A DNA stretch of 64,000 nt from Deltaproteobacteria bacterium (GTDB lineage Bacteria; CALINM01), in NCBI GenBank assembly GCA_037442505.1, contig JBBIPZ010000001.1, positions 37,229 through 101,228 of the forward strand, given 5' to 3'. The notes under the pieces are model-generated. The model was not told where the DNA came from. It was given only the letters and a program-made list of their open reading frames with translations, and ran no database searches. A program made the translations under genes and the position numbers. This document shows, piece by piece, positions 10,476-20,265 of the stretch (position 1 is the first letter of the stretch; the number at the start of each line of letters is the position of its first letter).

Positions 10476-10605
10476 AGCATCATAATATCAAAAATACTGA
10501 AATTCTGCAAACCGCACAGAAGACTTTTGAATAACTTCAAACTTATTGAATCTATAAACTATCTCTATAATTAACCTTTTTGGCTTTTCAAAGCTGGTAT
10601 CGGTG

Positions 10606-11478
10606 TTATCCGGATTCAAAAATAACTTGTCGTACCCTGTATTTTTTTACCAGTAAATCAGGTTCGTAGGACATCTTAGAAAGTCTTAAATTTTCTTTAT
10701 CTAAATCCTGTTCAAAATTAACAAACCTGTATTTATCAGGCAGAATATTGGAGAAGTTATTAAACATGAACTGATATATCCCTTTGTAACAGGTAACTCC
10801 CTTTGCAAAATGAAGGGCAAATGTGTCATCACACAGCTCTTCACCGATTATAAATCCAGCAGGTTTGTTATCCACATAGTAAATAAATCCACATAAAACA
10901 AGCTCGTCATAAAGCTCAAGTGCTTCCATGCAGGCATCGTAATCCGTATCTTCTCGTTTTTGTCCCGACTCTTCCTGCCACATCGCTAATATTTTTTTTG
11001 CATCATACATTTTTTCAGCACCATATAGTGGTAAGGCTTCATAAGCATAGCTTTTTTCAAATTGATGCAGCAGGTTTCTCTTACCATGTAACTTTTTGCC
11101 GGCATAGGTGCGCATTTTTTCTATGTTATAAACATAATCTGTATCGCCATCTTTATAGGAAAATTGATATTTCCCGTCAGAGAAGAAGGGCAGCCAATTC
11201 TCATCAACAGGAAATAAAAAATCTGCATCTTTTAACAGTTCGTTAATTAGTTGGTTGTCTGATAATTTTTGAATGCCTATGGGCATAATGTATATTTTAC
11301 CATCATAGCTTTTACCTTTAATAAGGTAAATGTCATCAAATTTTATCACCTCATATGCATGGCTTTTCCGAAAAAGGTATAGATTGGCAAAGCTATACTC
11401 TGCAATTTTCGTTTTAACGCCTTTAAGTAGTGGAAAAAGCTCTTTTTTATGTACGAGGCTCAATTTTTCTAATTTCAT
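10606..11478 (-). CDS. DUF2156-like protein (resembles the C-terminal synthase domain of aminoacyl-phosphatidylglycerol synthases); tentative
   Basis: Start taken at the internal ATG (MKLEKLSLV), which has an AAGGGG RBS 8 nt upstream; the ORF track extends 8 codons further. The family assignment is by eye, from size and an AGKKLHGKRNLLHQF-like motif, and is uncertain. Confidence 0.5.
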   Translation of the reverse strand: MKLEKLSLVHKKELFPLLKGVKTKIAEYSFANLYLFRKSHAYEVIKFDDIYLIKGKSYDGKIYIMPIGIQKLSDNQLINELLKDADFLFPVDENWLPFFSDGKYQFSYKDGDTDYVYNIEKMRTYAGKKLHGKRNLLHQFEKSYAYEALPLYGAEKMYDAKKILAMWQEESGQKREDTDYDACMEALELYDELVLCGFIYYVDNKPAGFIIGEELCDDTFALHFAKGVTCYKGIYQFMFNNFSNILPDKYRFVNFEQDLDKENLRLSKMSYEPDLLVKKYRVRQVIFESG

Positions 11479-11642
11479 AAAATACCCCTTATAAAAGCAC
11501 AAAACACTTGATAATAATGTATCAGAAATTTTTATAAAGTCAATCTGCTTAAAAGTATAAATTTACGAAAACAAAGCGGAATTTTGTCGTGATAGGGGGG
11601 CTTGACAATATCGTTTAAGATTATTAACTTATCTGTGTAACT

Positions 11643-12680
11643 ATGAAAGAGATGGAGTCTAAAGAATTAAACAACAGGCAAAAAGAAGTTCTCAAGTACT
11701 TGATAACTCACTATATAAATAGTTCTGAGCCGGTTGGTTCTAAAACAATCTCAGAACTTTATCTAAAAAACTTGAGTGCTGCAACAATAAGAAACGTACT
11801 TGAGGAAATGGAAGAGATGGGGTATATTTATAAACCTCACACATCTGCAGGTAGGGTGCCCACTGAGAAAAGCTTCAGGATTTTTATATCTGATATCATA
11901 AAAAATTATAGTGAAAAGCAGGATGAAGTTAATATTTTAAATGAGAAGATAGAAGCTGTAAAAAAAGAAAAGGTGCAACTGTTTAGTTATGTCGCTCGTT
12001 TGCTTGCGGAGCTTTCTCACCAGACGGCATTGATGTTATTGCCACGTTTTGATTATACAGGAATCAGAGCTGTTGACTTTTTTAAACTAAGTAGTAGCAG
12101 AGTTCTTGTTGTTACAGTGTTCGAACACGGTTTTCTTGAGCATAAAGTAATAGAGGTTATTAATAACTATTCTCAAGAACAACTTAAAAACTATGCTAAC
12201 CAGATAAACAGATTGTTAGAAAACAGGTATTCACTTGTTGAAATAAGAGATAGACTTCTTAACGAGATGAGACAATTAAAGGAGTTGTTTGATAGACTTT
12301 TTGAAAATTTTGGTAATAGAATTTCTTTGGACTCGGTAATAGTTGAAGGCCAAAGCAATCTTTTTGGTACACCGGAGTTTTCCGATGTAAAAAAGATGAA
12401 AAAGATATTCAGGTTGTTTGAAGAAAAAAGTCGCATTGTGTCACTTCTTGACAGCAGTCTTAGTGTAGAGGGTATTAAAGTTTTTATTGGTTCTGAGGTG
12501 TGTGAAGATTTATATGATACAGCAATGATAGCAGCACCATACAGGGACGTTAATAATAATGTTGGTACGCTCGGTATACTCGGACCACTACGGATGGATT
12601 ATGCAAGAATTCTGCCACTTGTTATTTCTGCTGCTAATTTGCTCAGTCGTAAATTAAGTTTGGCAAGCAATAACGATTGA
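11643..12680 (+). CDS. hrcA: heat-inducible transcription repressor HrcA
   Basis: 345 aa with an N-terminal wHTH (RQKEVLKYLITHYINSSEPVGSKTISE). Followed by grpE-dnaK-dnaJ. Confidence 0.9.
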   Translation: MKEMESKELNNRQKEVLKYLITHYINSSEPVGSKTISELYLKNLSAATIRNVLEEMEEMGYIYKPHTSAGRVPTEKSFRIFISDIIKNYSEKQDEVNILNEKIEAVKKEKVQLFSYVARLLAELSHQTALMLLPRFDYTGIRAVDFFKLSSSRVLVVTVFEHGFLEHKVIEVINNYSQEQLKNYANQINRLLENRYSLVEIRDRLLNEMRQLKELFDRLFENFGNRISLDSVIVEGQSNLFGTPEFSDVKKMKKIFRLFEEKSRIVSLLDSSLSVEGIKVFIGSEVCEDLYDTAMIAAPYRDVNNNVGTLGILGPLRMDYARILPLVISAANLLSRKLSLASNND

Positions 12681-12691
12681 AAGGAGAACAA

Positions 12692-13300
12692 ATGACATCA
12701 GAAAAAGAAGAAATAAAAACTGACATAGAAGAAGTTAAGGAAGAGGTTGCTTCTGAGAATCAAGAAAAGGCAGAAGAAATGTCTTTAGAGGAGAAGATCA
12801 AACAAATTACGGAAGAACGAGATAAATATTATAACAATTGGCTTAGGGCTGAAGCTGAGCTTGAAAACTACAGAAAAAGAGTACAAAAGGAAAAGGAAGA
12901 GTTTAGAAAATTTGCCATAGAGAGCTTTGCTAAGGATATACTAACACCGATAGACTACTTAGAAATGGCTATAAGTCATGCAAAAAACACTCAAAATGTT
13001 GAGGCGCTTATACAGGGTGTAGAATACACCCATAAGTGTCTGATAGATATTTTGAAAAATTATGATATAACACCAGTTTCCTCAGAAGGCGAAATGTTTG
13101 ATCCATCACTTTACGAGGCTCAAGAGATTAAGGAAACGGATGAGGTGAAAGAAGGAACAGTTATAAAAGAACTCAGGAAGGCTTATAAAATCTGTGGAAG
13201 GCTTTTGAGAGCCGGGATAGTGACTGTTGCAAAGGCTCCAGCAAAAGCCGAAGAAGAAAATAAAGATAATGAGGAAATAAAGGAAAACAAGGAGGAATGA
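12692..13300 (+). CDS. grpE: nucleotide exchange factor GrpE
   Basis: Start placed at the ATG 5 nt after an AAGGAG RBS; the ORF track began at an upstream TTG. Has a coiled-coil N-terminus and a GrpE C-terminal domain. Confidence 0.9.
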   Translation: MTSEKEEIKTDIEEVKEEVASENQEKAEEMSLEEKIKQITEERDKYYNNWLRAEAELENYRKRVQKEKEEFRKFAIESFAKDILTPIDYLEMAISHAKNTQNVEALIQGVEYTHKCLIDILKNYDITPVSSEGEMFDPSLYEAQEIKETDEVKEGTVIKELRKAYKICGRLLRAGIVTVAKAPAKAEEENKDNEEIKENKEE

Positions 13301-13301
13301 T

Positions 13302-15194
13302 ATGGGTAAGGTAATAGGGATTGATTTGGGGACAACTAACTCTTGTGTTGCTATAATGCAAGGTAAAGATGTTACGGTTATCCCTAATGCAGAGGGCTCA
13401 AGAACTACACCGTCTGTTGTTGCGTTTTCTGATAGTGGAGAAACGCTTGTTGGTCAGCTGGCAAAAAGGCAGGCTGTAACAAATCCACTAAAAACAATCT
13501 ATGCGGTAAAACGTTTGATTGGAAGAAAGTTTAGCTCCCCAGAGGTAAAAAAGCATCAGCAACTTGTTCCTTATAAAGTTGTGGATTCTAATATCGGCGA
13601 TGCATGGGTAGAAGTAAATGGTAAGACGTATAGTCCACAACAGATATCTGCAATGATTTTACAGAAGATGAAGCAAACCGCAGAAGATTTTTTAGGCGAA
13701 AAGGTTACAGAAGCAGTAATAACTGTTCCTGCTTATTTTAACGACAGTCAAAGACAGGCAACAAAAGATGCAGGGGCGATAGCAGGATTAGAGGTTCTAA
13801 GAATCATCAACGAACCAACTGCAGCTGCACTTGCATATGGTCTTGGAAAGGACAAAAAGGATGAAAAAGTGGCCGTGTTCGATCTGGGCGGAGGAACATT
13901 TGATATTTCTATTCTTGAAATTGGAGAGGGTGTTTATGAAGTTAAGGCTACAAATGGAGACACATTCTTAGGTGGAGAAGATTTTGACCAACGAATAGTC
14001 GATTATATTGCAGAGGAGTTTAAAAAAGAACACGGTATAGACCTTAAAAATGACAGGATGGCATTGCAAAGATTAAAAGAGGCTGCTGAAAAAGCAAAGT
14101 GCGAACTATCAACTGTTTTAGAGACAGAAATAAATCTGCCATTTATAACTGCTGACGCTACCGGGCCCAAACATCTTTTGATGAAGTTAACACGTGCAAA
14201 GTTAGAGGCGTTAGTTGACGACCTTATTGAGAGATTAGAAGAACCGTGTCGTATCGCTATGAAAGATGCGGGATTGACTCCTGACCAGATTGAAGAGGTT
14301 ATACTTGTTGGTGGTATGACGCGTATGCCGAAGGTGCAGGAGAAGGTAAAAAAGATTTTTGGTAAAGACCCCCACAAAGGTGTAAACCCAGACGAGGTAG
14401 TTGCGATAGGTGCAGCGATTCAGGCTGCAGTTTTAAAAGGAGAGGTAAGAGACGTACTTTTACTTGATGTTACTCCTCTTTCCTTAGGAATAGAAACATT
14501 AGGTGGTGTTTTTACAAAGATAATCGAAAAGAACACAACGATACCATGCAAGAGGAGTCAAGTCTTTACTACTGCAGCAGATAACCAGACGGCTGTGACG
14601 ATAAAGGTATATCAGGGCGAGAGGGAGATGGCTTCAGACAATAAGTTCTTAGGGCAGTTTGATCTGATTGGAATTCCTCCCGCGCCTCGTGGTGTGCCAC
14701 AGATAGAGGTTACGTTTGATATTGATGCGAACGGAATAGTTCACGTAAATGCAAAAGATTTAGCTACCCAGAAAGAACAATCAATCAGGATTACACCAAG
14801 TAGCGGGCTTTCTAAAGAAGAGATTGAAAAGATGATTAAAGATGCGGAGGCTCATGCAGAAGAGGATAAGAAGAAGAAAGAGGTGATTGACGCAAGAAAT
14901 CACCTTGATGGTTTGATCTATACCGTAGAGAAGAGTCTTAAAGATTTTGGAGATAAAGTCGATGCTTCAGTCAAATCTGGTGTTGAAGATGCACTTAAAA
15001 ATGCAAAAGATGCTTTAAACAGCAATGATGCAGGGGTTTTGAAAAAGGCTGCAGATGAGCTTATGACAAAGTCTCATCAATTGGCTGAACTGATGTATAA
15101 GCATGCATCACAAACACAACAAACCAATGATACTAACGAAAAAAAGGAAGACGTTGTCGATGCAACTTATGAAGAAGTAAAAGACAACAAATAG
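13302..15194 (+). CDS. dnaK: molecular chaperone DnaK (Hsp70)
   Basis: 630 aa with [21 protein letters not shown] and [11 protein letters not shown] signatures. Confidence 0.97.
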   Translation: MGKVIGIDLGTTNSCVAIMQGKDVTVIPNAEGSRTTPSVVAFSDSGETLVGQLAKRQAVTNPLKTIYAVKRLIGRKFSSPEVKKHQQLVPYKVVDSNIGDAWVEVNGKTYSPQQISAMILQKMKQTAEDFLGEKVTEAVITVPAYFNDSQRQATKDAGAIAGLEVLRIINEPTAAALAYGLGKDKKDEKVAVFDLGGGTFDISILEIGEGVYEVKATNGDTFLGGEDFDQRIVDYIAEEFKKEHGIDLKNDRMALQRLKEAAEKAKCELSTVLETEINLPFITADATGPKHLLMKLTRAKLEALVDDLIERLEEPCRIAMKDAGLTPDQIEEVILVGGMTRMPKVQEKVKKIFGKDPHKGVNPDEVVAIGAAIQAAVLKGEVRDVLLLDVTPLSLGIETLGGVFTKIIEKNTTIPCKRSQVFTTAADNQTAVTIKVYQGEREMASDNKFLGQFDLIGIPPAPRGVPQIEVTFDIDANGIVHVNAKDLATQKEQSIRITPSSGLSKEEIEKMIKDAEAHAEEDKKKKEVIDARNHLDGLIYTVEKSLKDFGDKVDASVKSGVEDALKNAKDALNSNDAGVLKKAADELMTKSHQLAELMYKHASQTQQTNDTNEKKEDVVDATYEEVKDNK

Positions 15195-15223
15195 TTTAAT
15201 ATGTTTGTATAAGGTATCTGGAA

Positions 15224-15257
15224 GGGCGGGGTATTTATTATCCCGTCCATTTTTTAT
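15224..15257 (+). terminator. putative rho-independent terminator after dnaK
   Basis: GGGCGGG(G)-loop-CCCGTCC forms a 7-8 bp stem with one G-U pair, followed by ATTTTTTAT. Confidence 0.5.
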
Positions 15258-15278
15258 ATAAAAGTTAAGGAGTGAGTT

Positions 15279-16400
15279 TTGGCAAAGAGGGACTACTACG
15301 AAGTGTTAGGCGTTTCGAGGGGAGCCACAGAAGAAGAAATAAAAAAGGCTTATCGTAAGCTGGCATTAGAGTTGCATCCAGATCGCAATCCTGGTAACAA
15401 GGCTGCTGAAGAACGTTTTAAAGAAGTTACAGAGGCTTACGAAGTCCTTTCAAACAGCGAAAAAAGGGCTATGTATGACAGATTTGGACATGCTGGGGCT
15501 GCAGGTGGTGATCCCTTTGGGGGTAGTGGTTTTGGTGGCTTTGGCTTCGGAACAACTTTTTCTGATGTGTTTAATGATATTTTTTCTGACTTTTTTGGAG
15601 GCACAACTTCAAGAAATCGCCCTGAACGGGGAGAAGACCTTTTATATAGAATTGAAATCTCTTTTTTAGAGGCTGCCAAGGGGGCTGAAAAAGAGATAAA
15701 AGTAGAAAAAAAGGTTGTATGTGACACCTGTAAGGGTGATGGGGTTAAGCCCGGTACAAAACCGATAATTTGTGGAACCTGTGGTGGAACTGGAACTATA
15801 AGATATCAGCAAGGTTTTTTTAGTATTGGTAGGACTTGTAGTAGCTGTAGAGGTACTGGCAAGGTTATAAAAGAACATTGTCCTGATTGTAAAGGAAATG
15901 GTGTAAAATTCACAGTGAAAAATATTAAAATCGATATTCCTGCTGGTGTGGACAATGGCAACAAACTTAGGCTACCTGGCGAGGGCAACCATGGCTTGCA
16001 TGGTGGACGTCCAGGAGACCTTTATGTTGAGATCACTTTAAAAAAACACGACTTTTTTACGAGAAAGAATAACGATATCATTTGTGAAGTTCCCATCTCT
16101 TTTGTTATGGCTGCTCTTGGTTGTGAAATAGATGTTCCCACAATTGATGGCAAAACAGCAATTAAAATTCCTGAAGGTACACAAAATGGTGCTGTGTTCA
16201 CAATCAAAGGCAAAGGCTTTCCGGATATCTACTCTAAGCGAAAAGGCGACCAGTTAGTTTATATAAAGGTAGAAGTGCCTAAGCATTTGAATAGCAAACA
16301 AAAGCAGCTATTATTGGAGTTTGACAAATTATCAAATGTCAAAAATAATCCGGATACCTCAAGTTTTTTTGAGAAGATAAAAAGCTTTTTAAATATGTGA
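15279..16400 (+). CDS. dnaJ: molecular chaperone DnaJ
   Basis: J-domain (DYYEVLGV...HPDRN), a G/F-rich region and four CxxCxGxG zinc-finger repeats. TTG start after an AAGGAG RBS. Confidence 0.95.
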   Translation: MAKRDYYEVLGVSRGATEEEIKKAYRKLALELHPDRNPGNKAAEERFKEVTEAYEVLSNSEKRAMYDRFGHAGAAGGDPFGGSGFGGFGFGTTFSDVFNDIFSDFFGGTTSRNRPERGEDLLYRIEISFLEAAKGAEKEIKVEKKVVCDTCKGDGVKPGTKPIICGTCGGTGTIRYQQGFFSIGRTCSSCRGTGKVIKEHCPDCKGNGVKFTVKNIKIDIPAGVDNGNKLRLPGEGNHGLHGGRPGDLYVEITLKKHDFFTRKNNDIICEVPISFVMAALGCEIDVPTIDGKTAIKIPEGTQNGAVFTIKGKGFPDIYSKRKGDQLVYIKVEVPKHLNSKQKQLLLEFDKLSNVKNNPDTSSFFEKIKSFLNM

Positions 16401-16427
16401 TTGTGAATAATTTGGCATATTTGTTTT

Positions 16428-16456
16428 TTGACAATGTTGTAAAGTTGTTTTAATAT
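16428..16456 (+). promoter_or_regulatory. sigma70-like promoter, TTGACA-N17-TAATAT, ending 7 nt before the yjbQ ATG
   Basis: Near-consensus hexamers; no Shine-Dalgarno sequence between the -10 and the ATG. Confidence 0.4.
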
Positions 16457-16463
16457 TATCAGT

Positions 16464-16877
16464 ATGAAATTTCACACTGAGTACTTAACTTTCAAGACAG
16501 AAAAGAAGAAACAACTAATAAACATCACTGATAAAGTTTCTCAAGCTGTTGATAAAGCCAATGTTAAAGAAGGTATGGTTCTGGTATCTGCTATGCATAT
16601 TACTGCTGGAGTGTTTGTCAATGACGAAGAATCTGGCTTGCACTCAGATATCTGGAAGTGGCTCGAAGAACTTGCGCCATTTTCTGAAGATTACCACCAC
16701 CATAGGACTGGCGAAACCAATGGTGATGCTCATTTAAAAAGCTTGTTAATCCACCATCAGGTTATTTTGCCCATAACGAATGGTAAACTTGATTTAGGAC
16801 CATGGCAGCAAGTTTTTTATGCTGAGTTTGACGGCATGCGTCCGAAACGTCTTATAATAAAGGTAATGGGAGAGTAA
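16464..16877 (+). CDS. yjbQ: YjbQ/UPF0047 family protein (secondary thiamine-phosphate synthase-like)
   Basis: 137 aa. Family size and motifs fit ([15 protein letters not shown]..., [15 protein letters not shown]). Confidence 0.8.
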   Translation: MKFHTEYLTFKTEKKKQLINITDKVSQAVDKANVKEGMVLVSAMHITAGVFVNDEESGLHSDIWKWLEELAPFSEDYHHHRTGETNGDAHLKSLLIHHQVILPITNGKLDLGPWQQVFYAEFDGMRPKRLIIKVMGE

Positions 16878-17860
16878 TGAAACGCAAAAAAGCGGCAACC
16901 GCAGAGCTATCACTGCAGATAGAAGATTTGAATATTTTAAAAACCATAATAGGCCAACGTAGTGAGTTTTTAAGCTATATTGAAAAAAAACTACCGGTAA
17001 CCATTTTTCAGAAAGGTAACTTTTTAAAAATATCTGGCGAAGAAAATGCTGTTGACTCTGCACACCGTATCATTCAAGAATTGATGAAATTAGCGAAAAA
17101 GAACAGGGCTATTAACGTCTGGGAAATTGATTTTATTATCAAAAACATCATGACTGCGGATGACAATTTAGACGAACTTTATGATGATGTCATAATGGTC
17201 ACGTCTCGCAGAAAGCCAATTGTGCCAAAAACGCCTTCCCAAAAGCGTTATGTAGATGCTGTCAGGGAAAATGACATGGTATTTGCGATAGGTCCTGCCG
17301 GTACTGGAAAAACGTACCTTGCAGTGGCTCTTGCAGTGGCAGATTTAATCAACCAGCGGGTTCAAAGGATTGTTCTTACACGCCCTGCCGTAGAGGCTGG
17401 TGAAAAGCTTGGTTTTTTGCCTGGTGGGCTTGCAGAAAAGGTTGATCCATACTTGCGACCATTATATGATGCACTTTATGACATGCTTGACTATGATAAA
17501 GTGATGCGTTTTATTGAAAAGGGCATAATTGAAATTGCACCCATAGCTTTTATGAGAGGGAGAACACTAAATGATTCCTTTGTTATAATGGATGAAGCAC
17601 AAAACACAACATCAGAGCAGATGAAGATGTTTTTGACACGTTTGGGTTTTAATTCAAAAGCTGTAATAACGGGAGACATTACCCAAATTGATATTCCTAA
17701 AACAAATGTTTCTGGACTTGTTGAGGTTCAGGAAATACTTAAAAGTTTAAAAGGTATTGAGTTTGTATATTTTAACGAAAAAGATGTAGTTAGACATCCA
17801 CTTGTTCAGGATGTCATCAGGGCTTACGAGATGTATGAACACAAGTTAAGGGGGGAGTGA
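16877..17860 (+). CDS. phoH: PhoH-like ATPase with N-terminal extension
   Basis: 327 aa. Walker A GPAGTGKTYLAVALAV and Walker B VIMDEAQN. ATG overlaps the yjbQ stop. Confidence 0.9.
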   Translation: MKRKKAATAELSLQIEDLNILKTIIGQRSEFLSYIEKKLPVTIFQKGNFLKISGEENAVDSAHRIIQELMKLAKKNRAINVWEIDFIIKNIMTADDNLDELYDDVIMVTSRRKPIVPKTPSQKRYVDAVRENDMVFAIGPAGTGKTYLAVALAVADLINQRVQRIVLTRPAVEAGEKLGFLPGGLAEKVDPYLRPLYDALYDMLDYDKVMRFIEKGIIEIAPIAFMRGRTLNDSFVIMDEAQNTTSEQMKMFLTRLGFNSKAVITGDITQIDIPKTNVSGLVEVQEILKSLKGIEFVYFNEKDVVRHPLVQDVIRAYEMYEHKLRGE

Positions 17861-18270
17861 TGAAAAAGCTTCTTTTTTTATTCCTGGTCTTTTTTATACT
17901 AACTGGCATGGGTGGCTTTGGTGGTGAAGATCAGACAAAACTTCCAAAAACCATAGAAAACTATTCGATCTCTTTGCTTGATACTGAGGGATATACAGCA
18001 AAACTATCACAGGTTTCTATCTCAGATGGTTTATATTTATCTGGTAGCATTGGCAAAGGTAAACACATTATAAATTTTAGCGAGATTAAAAAGATTGTTA
18101 TAACACCGATAAACGATAAAGAAGTTCAGGCGAAAGTTTTATTTAAAGATGGCACGGAAGTTAATTTATTAACTAACGCAAAGTATAAGTTAAAAGGCAA
18201 ATCAAAATACGGAATTTTCATCATAGCACTTAAAGATGTCAGTGAGATTACCTTTCTGGGAAAGGAGTAG
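17860..18270 (+). CDS. hypothetical exported/lipoprotein-like small protein
   Basis: Signal-peptide-like N-terminus (MKKLLFLFLVFFILTGMGG). GTGATG start overlaps the phoH stop. No recognisable family. Confidence 0.5.
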   Translation: MKKLLFLFLVFFILTGMGGFGGEDQTKLPKTIENYSISLLDTEGYTAKLSQVSISDGLYLSGSIGKGKHIINFSEIKKIVITPINDKEVQAKVLFKDGTEVNLLTNAKYKLKGKSKYGIFIIALKDVSEITFLGKE

Positions 18271-18307
18271 GGGGTGTCCTTAAATATAGCCCCTACATCC
18301 CAGAAAG
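18252..18307. other. 56-nt nested inverted repeat at a convergent gene junction
   Basis: Outer arms CTTTCTGGGA/TCCCAGAAAG (10 bp) and inner arms GTAGGGG/CCCCTAC (7 bp); it encloses the TAG stop of the + gene. Confidence 0.5.
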
Positions 18308-18314
18308 GCAATAG

Positions 18315-18584
18315 TTATTCACCTTCGTAAGCCTTCTTGATCGCCTCTTTTCCTGCAGCGACTGCGTCAGATATAGCCCTTTTTTGCTCAGACAAGAAAT
18401 CTTTTGTATCACCAACAAGGTCACTAATTTTATCTTTTACATCCTCAGCTACATCTTTAATCTTGTCTCTTGTCTCTTTTCCTGATTGTGGAGCAAAAAG
18501 CAGAGCAATACCCGCGCCTATTGCAGCACCTGATAAAAAACCAATCAAAAAGGTTCCAAAACTTGTTTTTTCTTCACAACTCAT
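18315..18584 (-). CDS. YtxH-like membrane-associated protein
   Basis: Start taken at the internal ATG (MSCEEK...) adjacent to the upstream gene's stop. Gly/Ala-rich TM segment (IGFLSGAAIGAGIALLFAPQSGKETRDKI), then a charged helix. Confidence 0.6.
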   Translation of the reverse strand: MSCEEKTSFGTFLIGFLSGAAIGAGIALLFAPQSGKETRDKIKDVAEDVKDKISDLVGDTKDFLSEQKRAISDAVAAGKEAIKKAYEGE

Positions 18585-18585
18585 T

Positions 18586-18975
18586 TTATTTCCTCCTTTT
18601 ATTAAGATAATATCCAATAAGGCTGCTTACGCCTGCCTGAATGCCAAACTTGAAGACAGAAATCTTGCCCTTTGTTTTGTCATAACTATTTTTTATATTT
18701 ACACAGACATCTTCTACTGATTTGGCGGCATTTTGCAGTTTTACCAGAATATTTGTTGCTGATTCTGCACCTTTGCTTACTGCTGCCATTATTTTGTTCA
18801 TCGATTCGATACCAGACTTAGCCTCTTTAACAAGGGGTGTCAGTTCTTTCTTTAGCTCAGACAATTCTAAAGATAATCGTTCAATTTCCTTTTTAAGTGT
18901 GACAAGAAAATAGATAAAAACTACAAGGATCGCTACGATAGCTACTGTCTGTACCACTTGCAATGCTTCAATCAT
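18586..18975 (-). CDS. DUF948-like membrane protein (YtxG-like)
   Basis: N-terminal TM helix followed by a coiled-coil. Paired with a ytxH-like gene, as in Bacillus ytxGH. Confidence 0.5.
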   Translation of the reverse strand: MIEALQVVQTVAIVAILVVFIYFLVTLKKEIERLSLELSELKKELTPLVKEAKSGIESMNKIMAAVSKGAESATNILVKLQNAAKSVEDVCVNIKNSYDKTKGKISVFKFGIQAGVSSLIGYYLNKRRK

Positions 18976-19013
18976 AGGTAACTCCTTATAATGATTAAAA
19001 AGCCTTAGTATAA

Positions 19014-19742
19014 TTATATAGTGTCTAATTTTTTTTGCAACTTTTGTCTTTCAGTGACAAGAACTACAATAATGCCTAATTCATAAAGCACCTGCAAAGG
19101 CACCATCATAAGCATCAGATTGAATACGTCTGGTGTGGGTGTCAAAACTGCTGACAGGATAGAGTTTCCCAGAATAAAAAATCTGCGCTTTTGGTTTAAC
19201 ATTTTTACAGAAATGATACCAAGACTGCCAAGTATAAACATAAAAAGTGGCAGCTCAAACATTATCCCAAATGTAAAAACAAATGTAAAAACAAAGGATA
19301 GATAAGATGATAATGCAATCATTGGCTTTATGGTTTCGGTTTGGTACTGTAGCAAAAACTTTATGCCAGAAGGAAGCACAATTAAGTAACAAAACGCAGC
19401 ACCGGAATAAAATAGCAAGGTAGCAACGATTACAACTATGAAATTTTTATTTCCTTTAAACCTTGTGTGTTTATTCAATATCTTGACAATCTCAAAAATA
19501 ATATAAGGCACAACAACCAAAAGAGATAAAAAAAGTGCCAGTTTAAGGTAAGACATAAAGGCTTCTGGTAAGGAGTAAAGAATCAGTTTCATCTTTATTA
19601 TTTCGTTAAGCTTTCGCATTATCTTCTCTACAAAAAAAAGCATCGCGAGAAAAATGGTAGAAGTAACGATAAGAATGCGAATTAATAAACTCCTTAAGTC
19701 TCGCAAAATATTTAAGTTGGATTCACTAAAAATGTTTGTCAT
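19014..19742 (-). CDS. tatC: twin-arginine translocase subunit TatC
   Basis: 242 aa polytopic membrane protein with TatC-like helix pattern and motifs (FLSLLVVVPYIIFEI, LTPTPDVFNLMLMMVP). Confidence 0.8.
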   Translation of the reverse strand: MTNIFSESNLNILRDLRSLLIRILIVTSTIFLAMLFFVEKIMRKLNEIIKMKLILYSLPEAFMSYLKLALFLSLLVVVPYIIFEIVKILNKHTRFKGNKNFIVVIVATLLFYSGAAFCYLIVLPSGIKFLLQYQTETIKPMIALSSYLSFVFTFVFTFGIMFELPLFMFILGSLGIISVKMLNQKRRFFILGNSILSAVLTPTPDVFNLMLMMVPLQVLYELGIIVVLVTERQKLQKKLDTI

Positions 19743-20257
19743 TTTTTCACCACAATACCTTTAAACCCAGCTTTATTCAATCTTTCTAAAACGTCTTCTA
19801 TCTTTTCGCTTTTGTTATCAACAACAACAAGTAGTCGTGTTAGTTTTCCCTCTATAATCTTTGTTTTAAATCCGAGAGAATTTAACTTCTTTTCTATGCT
19901 TGTATAGCTTGATTTTTCTTTGTACGCGCCAATCTGAATCAGACTCTCAACGATAACTGAATTTTCCGTTTTTGGCAGGGGGGGGGATGATTTTTCAACT
20001 TTTTCCGGTTCTTTAGAAACATCTTTATTAGTAGTTTGAGTATCATTTCTCTGGTGTCTCAAGATGGTAGAGTAGTTTTCAAGACTAATTACTACTTTTG
20101 GTTTGATATCGCTTGCCATAGAAGATGCTTCAACTTCTATAGAATGTAGTAGCTTTCCAGCCTCGATACCTAAAAGAAAGGTTAAAATGGAGATTGTCGA
20201 GAAACTTACAATTAAAAATAGCAATTGACCAGTGCTCAATTCAAAGCGTTTTTTCAT
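19739..20257 (-). CDS. SPOR-domain protein (single N-terminal TM segment, C-terminal peptidoglycan-binding SPOR domain)
   Basis: C-terminal region (IQIGAYKEKSSYTSIEKKLNSLGFKTKIIEGKLTRLLVV) resembles a SPOR domain. Contains a C9 homopolymer encoding SPPLP. Confidence 0.65.
   Translation of the reverse strand: MKKRFELSTGQLLFLIVSFSTISILTFLLGIEAGKLLHSIEVEASSMASDIKPKVVISLENYSTILRHQRNDTQTTNKDVSKEPEKVEKSSPPLPKTENSVIVESLIQIGAYKEKSSYTSIEKKLNSLGFKTKIIEGKLTRLLVVVDNKSEKIEDVLERLNKAGFKGIVVKK
19978..19986. repeat. G9/C9 homopolymeric tract inside the SPOR-domain gene
   Basis: ggggggggg on the + strand; on the coding (-) strand it gives tca tcc ccc ccc ctg cca (SSPPLP). Confidence 0.9.
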
Positions 20258-20265
20258 CTTTTAAT

